Assembly: GCA_003614675.1 (NCBI GenBank) | Contig: ML002272.1 | Location: forward strand, 1-51,785 | Length of the DNA: 51,785 nt | Direction of reading: 5' to 3' | Source: Dimargaris cristalligena | Taxonomy: Eukaryota | Shown: positions 43,414-51,785 of the stretch, one piece after another | Layout of the letters: every line of letters begins with the position of its first letter | Position numbering within the stretch: the stretch's first letter is position 1 | Notes under the pieces: generated by a model | What the model was told of the DNA's origin: nothing | Seen by the model: the letters and a program-made list of their open reading frames with translations, nothing else | Database searches by the model: none | Made by a program: the position numbers and the translations under genes

Positions 43414-45045
43414 ATGGCTCCCGGCGATTCTCCAATCGGTTCGCTACCCGCAGACCAGCTCCATGCCGCCTTGCGGGACCTCGTAACCGAGGCCCAGGAG
43501 CTTAATGTGGGGGCGGTCACCGAATTAGATCAAGTTCCGACCCCACTAGAGTTTATGCGCTATGTAGCTCAAAACCGACCGTTTGTAGTGCGCGGTAAGC
43601 CCACTTCCTCCCCCTAGTTTGTGGTCGGGCGTCCATCATTTTCCACCGTTGGTGAAGAGTGCCCTATTCGGGTCAATGCGCGCGTATCGCACGGTATACC
43701 CAGCTCAGTATTAACCCTTTATAATTCGATTTTGGAATCCCTTTGTGCTTATTAGGTGGTGCCCGACACTGGCCGGCCCGGACTCAGTGGTCCAACGACC
43801 ATCTGCGGTCGATTATGGGGGATCAACTCGTCACAGTAGCGATTACCCCCAACGGGTACGCTGACGCTCTTGTTGACGGCCGCTTTTTTGTCGAGCCCTT
43901 CCAAAAGCAAATGCCCTTTGGGGAAGTGGTGGATATTCTAGAGCAGAAGCAGGCCCAGCGGCAACTCACTGATTCGACCGCCCGCCCCCCTCCTAAACAC
44001 TATCTGGCCTACCACTACTACATCCAGTCCCAGAATGGCAATATAGAAGGCGATTACCAGCGGCTGAAGCGCGAAATACCCGCCGATATTGATTTCGCCA
44101 CCGAAGCTTTGGGATATCGGCCTGACGCTGTGAACTTTTGGATGGGCGAGGCATCCTCAGTTACGTCGCTTCACAAGGACCCCTACGAAAACATCTACGT
44201 GGTTTTGGCCGGAAGCAAAACCTTCACCCTGTAAGACTGGCATTTTGGAAACTATTAGCACTGCTCTACATACCTCTTTACCCTTTTTCCAGGCATGGCC
44301 CTCGATCAGGGATAGTACGTGCTCACGAATGCCCTCCGCTTACAGGGCTGTGTTCCTCCTCATTACTATTAATCACCAATTTGATACCCCCCCCTCTCTC
44401 AATATATTCATCTTCCAGGTACCCACCCACCGAATGCTACTGTCTCTACGGTAAGCCGAAGTTTTAAAACTATAGCAGGGTGCTCCCGGACAATCTAGGT
44501 TAACCACAGTCATGGGTATCGAGACTGGGCTCCAGTCAACCTTTACCCATTGGACACCAGAAACATCGTCAAAACTAAAACCGACACCCAACCTTTTCTA
44601 ATCCCTTAATCACCTTATTTTTCTCCTACCGTGATAAATTCCCGTTCCATGTACCACCTTCCCAGAGCGGTTCTACCAAGCAGCCGAGTATCATGAAGAA
44701 GAAACAGCGTCATCGCCATCGTCGGTTCCCCGCCTGGTTCTTAAACCCAAAGACGATCACCCCGATATACCATGGGTATCGGTCGACCCTCTTGACTCGT
44801 CACCCGAGACCCAAGTAGCCCATCCTCGCTTTCACCAGCTGGCCCGGCCACTCACCGTGACTGTCAACAGTGGGGACATGCTCTACCTACCTGCCTTGTG
44901 GTACCACCACGTCCAGCAACGCCAGGATATCCGGGGTCGGGTAATAGCCGTCAACTACTGGTACGATATGAACTATAGCGCGCCCCTATTTCCTTACTTT
45001 AAGTTCGCCCAGAATATCGTTGCACTGGTTCACCCCCCAAAGTAG
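43414..45045 (+). CDS. JMJD7: JmjC domain-containing protein 7-like 2-oxoglutarate/Fe(II) oxygenase (exons 43414-43594, 43756-44230, 44419-44450, 44666-45045; ~355 aa)
   Basis: PTPLEFMRYVAQNRPFV, VAITPNGYADA, YIQSQNGN, PDAVNFWMG..TSLHKDPYENIY, GDMLYLPALWYHHV, IAVNYWYDM. The HxD...H triad is intact. Confidence 0.93.
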
Positions 45046-47970
45046 CCATATATATACCGATAATTAACATTATGGTTGAAAATGCATACATAATAAAAAT
45101 GAGTTAAACTATTATACTTGGCCATCGATATACCACTTGAGTGCTTTGGCGATTCCTTCATTTTATAAACATGCGTAGGGTTGAAATGAATGGGGAAACC
45201 ATTGCTAAACAGTGAGACCTGACTTACTAAACATGGTGTTCATTGTGCAGCTATCCTTGGTCTCTCCCATATATAATATTTCAAGATGCTAGTAACTGAT
45301 TTATTTATGGGTGCGCATCGCCTTAAAACCTTAATACAATAGCATGTCTATCCGATCAGCGGCCTGTGCTAAAGTTTCAAATATCATAAAATTAGGTAGC
45401 CAACTTAATTGACTGCATCCTATTCGAAAGATTTAACAATGCATGAGGCTGGCTGAAAGTGTACAAGCCATATCACACTGGCTGCCACTAGAGAGCTTAG
45501 CGTAGCCATTTCAACTGACTGGGTCGATATTTCCCTGAGAAATTAACTGTGTTTAATTTACAGTCTTTGCATTATTTATACAGCCACGGGGGAATCATCA
45601 TAGTTATGGAGAAATTCCAAGTAATATGTCGATTATTACTACCCTTTACCCTTGCTGGCTGTGCAACCAATATTGGATGGCTACTACTAGCATTTATTCT
45701 CCACCAAAAAATCGACATAAAAATAGGGGAAATTCGCCTTTGTTTGACCATTGGAAAGGACGGACTTCAAAAAGTCGAATCAGGTTGAAGAATCGAATTA
45801 GGATAGTGGAGGTTTGGGAGGGACCTTAAAAGCATCAGCTGTGGGAAGAGTGGGGTAGGAAAGCGTTCAAAAATGGGGGATATAGGATGTTTCGCTTAAT
45901 TGATATTGGTTTTTGGACAGGGATATCAATCGCCTATTTATATTACGTTGAATTGGCATTGGTACCAGCTTGGCATGATGTAGGATAGCCAACTAAACCT
46001 TTAATCTAACTGTATATTGTAAGCCTAATCCATATGCCTGTCGGGGATAATAGTACATTTGGTTACTCGTACTCATAATTAGTTAAGGTATAGTTGGCAT
46101 ACGCCCACATTCCCTTTGCCGACCATTCAAATGGCGGAATGGAAGCCTTCCATCAGAAATACAGTAGTTGGTTAATGGTCAGGTCTTTCTTAGACCCAAT
46201 ACACTGATATAATATCCAACGATACTACTTACAGCACCCAAACCTGAAGTAGGGCCATGCCCCGGGGTTATGTCAGGAAAATGCTTCTATGAAATTCGAT
46301 ATTCATGATGAGCATACTGTAACACGCCCTGGAATCTGTGTTGAAAAACATGCCCCGACGGGTCATCATTTATCCTATCCTGTTTCCACCAATTAAATTA
46401 GTTTATTTAGTTAATCTGTGGTCACTCATTTTAACCACTTATAATTCGCCCTATCGAATATACTGTGCAATAAAACTAACCGTCTAAAAGCACCTACCGT
46501 CCTCCAGCTGCTCTTCCTTTATTTTCAGTGCTATCGGTATCTCTTTAGTATTTCCAACATTATTAACTCGGGGATTAATGGTCCGGGCCCCCGAGACCAG
46601 TTGGCCCCACTCTACCACTTTAGGATGGGAGGGTAGACCGTAGACAATCAATAGCCGATGTAATAATAGCGAATACAGGGGGGGATAAAGTTTACCCATA
46701 GCCGTCTAGCCCGCACTAGATCGGGCGCCTGCTTAGTTTCTATAAATAGTCTGATTGCCCATATAATATACCGCCCATTGACCAGTGTAGACTCTGCGCG
46801 AAAATGGTTTGCGTGGAAGCTAGTAAAATAATCTTGACGACAGTTTCGGTGAAGGTTCTATGTGTGTCTTTAAAGCTGGAGTGGTATCCCTAAGAAATAT
46901 TGTCGACCAGAGATAACCAGCCCACGACTAAAGACTAGGGGAGCATTGTAGGCGAGTGGCGCAAAACAGGAGTACGTGCAGTATAAAAAATACTCGAGAG
47001 AAAGAATGCCAGAGTCAAGGGTGAGGATTTTGGAAAAGGGGAAAGAGGGAGAAGCAAGGATCTCATAGACAAGGAGACAGTCCCTATAGTTCACGTAAAT
47101 CCGGCCTTAGTACCAGTTAGTCGGGGGCTCCGATACAAATGAGGTTCTGGCGATATTTATGCTGGTCTTGGAACGGGCCATCGCTGGGGGGGGGGGTTAT
47201 ACTAGAAACGAACAGTGAAAGGGGGTGATGCTTCACCAGTTGCCAATGGGGATAAGGAAATTTAGTTCAAGCGGGTCTACGCTTTCTTGTTCATGGAAGT
47301 ATGGTGGGCCATTTTATTCGACTCATTCACCTCCTCCCCAAGTCAACTATTGACAAATGCGTTGGTATAAATACCCAAGGCCGCGGCGTTCCATCCATAC
47401 CAATTATCATTATAACATTGGCTGCTAAGTCCATTAATTCGCTTAATCCCCCCACTTTGCCGGTTTTCTACCCACCTTCTTTTGGTCCCTCTTAGTTTTT
47501 GCTAGTCTTTTGGCCGCGATATTTCCCATATTTCGCGGACAATCGCTAGCACTTGCTTCGTCGCTTTTGACCCAGGCCTGTTCCCGACATTCTACTATAG
47601 TCCCCATTTTAGCCTGTTTCCCTCATAGCCACCCTGGCCCTCTGGAATATCCCTTGCAATCCACCTAAATTCACCCGTATACACATTTGAACACATTCGC
47701 TCTACTGTCGGCCCTAGATGTAAGCCATTCCACCCCCCTAGTAATTCTCTACCTACTTCCATGCCCGCCCGATTCTTCGATTATATTAGCCGGCTAAAGG
47801 TATACCCATACCTAGTAAAAGAGTGTCCCGTGATATTTCCACAGGCTAACGTTTGTCCAATAATACGCTATTCTTTTACAATCCCCATATTTCACGCAAT
47901 TCCTCCCCCGTGGACTGCCTACTCGTAGTCGCCACCTTCCTCTCTGTTACCCTGCTATTATAACAACACC

Positions 47971-49212
47971 ATGCCTGCTTTGAATGTTATACGGTTTGGC
48001 CTCTTCGGTCTCCTGATGAGCCTGGTGCTTCTGAACTCGACGCATGTTCAGGCTGCTGCTGCGGAGCTGAATATTCCCGTTCCCCCTTATCAGCGCTGTG
48101 ATACCTTCACATACCAAATGACCAAAGAAGACATTGAGAAGGATTTCGTGGTGGACTTGCCGGAACAAGTCACCTATGAAAATGGTATCATGTACTGGGA
48201 GGTAAACGAGCAGAAGTACTGGCCCGGTTTGACCTATCGCGAGAATGACATCTGGTATGGTAAAGCTTCGATTACGCTCAAGATGGCTCCAAAGTCCGGC
48301 ATCGCCACCGCTTTCATTGTAAGTATTATGTTTAAAACACTTCTGTTGATTTCCCCCTTCCCCCCTTTTTCTTTGGAAAATTATACACGCTAGCCCATGT
48401 TGGAAATAATTCAAATTGCACCTACTTTTATAGATAACTGGTAAATTATCCATGGCACACGCCACATTCCTGGCCGCTATTCCTTGAACGGACTTCCATA
48501 CTAACGTTCGTTCTCCATATGAAATTATGTCTCGGCTGTTAACATAAAATTATTCGTACATCACTCTACCCAGCGCGGTAAGCAATCGGCCGATGAAATC
48601 GACTATGAATGGGTGGGTAAGGATACTAAAAATGTCCAATCCACCTTTTTCGTCGATGGCGGCCATGAGGAGCGCAAGGAAGCCAAGTTATCCGCGGGGA
48701 GTTCCGATTTGGCGGAAAACTTTCACACGTACGATTTGGTCTACAAGAGTGACATGATCGAGTGGTGGCTGGACGGCAAAAAAGTTGATTCGTGGAGCAA
48801 GGCCGAGCACCCCACCGCTTTCCCGGCGAATGCGCGTGAGTGGAAAATGAACCTGTGGAATGGCGGTCTCCAGTTCGGGGACTGGGCCGGTAAAATCGAC
48901 TGGACCAGCGAGCCGAAATCGGCCAAGGCGGCCATTAGCGCTATAAGTTTTGAAAGCTACTGTGATGCGAGTGCCGTCAAGGGTCAGCACAAGACACTCG
49001 CAGGGGGAACGGCGACCGCCACTACTCCTGCTCCAGTTCAGCCGGTACTGCCAGCCCCCGCGGCAGCTCAGCCCACTACTGCTCAGCCTGCGACTCAACC
49101 CGCGGCCACCCAATCTGAGGCCCAGCCCACTGCTACCCAGGCCCCGGCCACCGGAGATGATTCCTCGTCTAAAACCAAAAAGAAGCAGAAGAAACATAGC
49201 AAGGACTCGTAA
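47971..49212 (+). CDS. Secreted glycoside hydrolase family 16 (Crh/Utr2-like transglycosylase; exons 47971-48318, 48574-49212; ~328 aa)
   Basis: Signal peptide. IWYGKASITLK..SGIATAFI, catalytic DEIDYEW (ExDxE), FHTY..IEWWLDG, LWNGG..WAGKIDW, then a P/T/A/Q-rich tail. Phase-0 intron 48319-48573. Confidence 0.9.
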
Positions 49213-51785
49213 AAATATTAAACTAGCGCATTGCGAAATTACCGGTACATTCCACTCAGCTGTATCAGTCAGTTGTCGAACGGCACTTTCGCCTGTTCGA
49301 CACTGGAATTGGCTTACAATTTTCCCTCCTCATATTAGCACTATGCTGCCAATCTAGGTTCATTTTCCCCGGTGGAAATATCAACCTATGGCTCTATCAA
49401 TTTAGTATGTGTTCTGCAGTCTCATTTTTCGCTTGTATTGTACAATTACGCATTTCTGTATTGGGGTATATTGTTTAGTGGCTTAGCATGTCCTCCCGGC
49501 ATTGAGTGCCAGTTTATGGTATAATGGCCCGTTTTATTAAGCATTCCTGGCCGAATGACATTGTAGTGCTTTCATATATTCGGCACCGTATGCCTCAACC
49601 AACGTTTTTCTATTTCGATTGAAATAGTCAATAAACACCCCGTGATTATTGCGAAGATGTCAGATTCATAGGCAACCAAATTTAACCCAACGGATGAGAG
49701 TAATATTGCATGATACCGAAATGGCAGTATTATACCAGACTATGGTCAAAAACAGCTCATCACACGGACACTGAATTAATATATCGGTTCAGTGGGAACC
49801 ATACCGATACCAGATTGAAGTCCATATGGGCAAGCTTTTATTGGGTGTAGTGCTGGGATTACTCTCAACCAACGATTGCATGATGGGTGCTGCTGATAAT
49901 ACTAGGGAAATAACAAAAAGTGGCGCTAATTGTCACTTGCTATCAGTATGGTGAGCGTAAAAGGGTTTAATAGACACACGAAAGATATATATGGTTTCCG
50001 AGACTACCAGATTGTAGACCTGATGGGGATATTCATGAGCATACATATCACCTGTGGGCCATCTGGGAGGTAATGGAAAAGGGGCTAGTCAGGGGATATT
50101 GATATACTAGAGACTTTGGTAGAAATAAATGATACCCCTGATCAATGCTTAAGTATAAATAGTGCAGTCTAATGGCAATGTATTGCTTTTGGTATCCAGC
50201 TTAGAGCTATTGTAATTCAGGATTATGGAGGAAGATATTGCATCCATATCGGCGTGACTAAAGGGCGTGGGGGGCAGCTTCCCCATGACTGAAACTAGAA
50301 TGCTTACCAAGTTGGAGGGGACAGGGACGGAAATATATGCGCTCACTGTATTGGACAGGAGTGCATGGAAGTCAATTCAAAATGTCTTTAAAAAATGGGC
50401 ATGTCTATTGCAATATAATGAATGATAAAAACCGATGAAAATTAGTAAGGATGTGGGTAGGAGTAATGGGGACGAAGCAATCTAGGCAATTCCGCTAATT
50501 AATTATATCAGTGCCTGATTGGCGACTTTTGGCCGGCACCTCATAAAGTAAGGCTAAAGGGCCAGGAAAAAAGAGGCCTGGAAAGCGAGGTGTTGTGGCC
50601 GGGCCTGCTTAAACCTCTGAAGTATACCCCGGCCAAACAATTTTTAGTTTTGGAAAAGATGAAGAACATCACCGAAGGTCGGTCTTCACCGTTTCCCATC
50701 CAGACGGGTACTTCGGTGACCTGGGCCCGCTTTCCAACATTCATTATTCATCAATTCTATTAGGACGACTTATTATTTATAGAAGGATGGGGCGTAACTC
50801 CAAGCCGCCAGCATCGGCGGTCTTCATTATTCCATGTATTCTTCTAGTTAGCTATAGAGATTATTTACAACTGTCCATTGGGTATTCTAGTACCATAGTA
50901 GCACCAGTAAGTCGCTATGTTATATTCATTCCTACTAACCAAGTTTTATATATATACCCACCGAGTATTCTCTCAGTAAAGGCAAGCAATTCTACACCAT
51001 TCGATTTTATATATTAGTTTTCTGATACCCAGTATTTTCATAGCCACGCCATCCCTTGGCCCAGGCCCATTTATTGTGCCCTGTCTCAAGTTCAGACAAG
51101 ACTCGTACCCGTCGAGTGCGGGTTTTCCCCGAGATCTCTGTTTACCACAAAGCTGCCACTGCTCTAGCCAATACTGATAAGGTAATCAGACCCTATTATA
51201 TTGTGACATCAAGTTTGGCCACAACACAAGGCAAGGTTAACAATTAGGGATTTCATAATTTGAGTAGCCTATTCAGGTGGGGTAGTTGGCCTAACCTTTT
51301 GCCCCCAATGCAGGGAATGGCTGGAAATGATTGTGAGCAAATATTGTACCGTTGGGTGGCGCTGCATAATGGCGCTCACCCTTGACGTGGGCTATCCCAA
51401 CATTTACTGGTATTGTGACCTACAACAGCTTCCCAGAATCCCACTACTAAATCCCAATTCCTAGCCTGATCAGCGGGATTACTGCATGCGACACCTGGCA
51501 TTAGATGTAAATAAGAGTAAAACACCCTGTGAATGCTAGACATCAGGACGTTACGCTAGCACCACTATTAAATAGAGGCTAAGCTAAGTTAATCCATCCA
51601 CATAAAAACAATATATGCAATGGCCTAGGTTGACCTATAACTGTCTATTGTTGGTATGACAGAGGAGACTGGGGGACTAATTGTCGCTAGACTCCAAAGA
51701 TAAAATATATTATATGTAATAAATACAAAAGGAGCATGTGGAGGTAAAGGGATGCCATTTCTTGGGTAGACGGTGTCAAATTAAG

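Noticed and set aside
45100-47900. Short ORFs between JMJD7 and GH16
   Set aside because: There is no coherent exon chain, coding bias or domain motif, so I treated the region as intergenic.

Overview
This is a gene-dense eukaryotic window, read as fungal. It has GT-AG introns of about 150-500 nt. The gene content (gamma-SNAP, JMJD7, a PA-like+7TM protein) suggests an early-diverging fungus, possibly Zoopagomycota; that placement is inference. I built 21 protein-coding models by hand, many of them multi-exon and only partly visible in the ORF track. In order: Con7-like C2H2 factor (partial), histone H4/H3 pair A, a small coiled-coil protein, a BIM1/X325-like GPI protein, CK2 alpha, a Cys4 zinc-knuckle protein, RanBP9/GID1, NRAMP, COA3, CWC24, gamma-SNAP, histone H3/H4 pair B, a TM-RING-H2 ligase, an Ivy1-like protein, an 8-exon PA-like+7TM protein, a 9-exon mitochondrial carrier, MCR1, JMJD7 and a GH16. 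The most striking structure is the two divergent H3-H4 pairs. They sit in inverted orientation around a ~20 kb block of nine genes. Their coding sequences are essentially nucleotide-identical while their spacers have diverged, which points to gene conversion and possibly an invertible segment. Other highlights are shared non-canonical histone residues, a BIM1-like protein without its copper histidine brace, an orphan GPCR-like 7TM protein, a stand-alone USPL1-N-like zinc knuckle and a GH16 with no GPI signal. I could not support any tRNA, rRNA, CRISPR array or intact transposon. All family calls come from motif recognition by eye, not from database searches.
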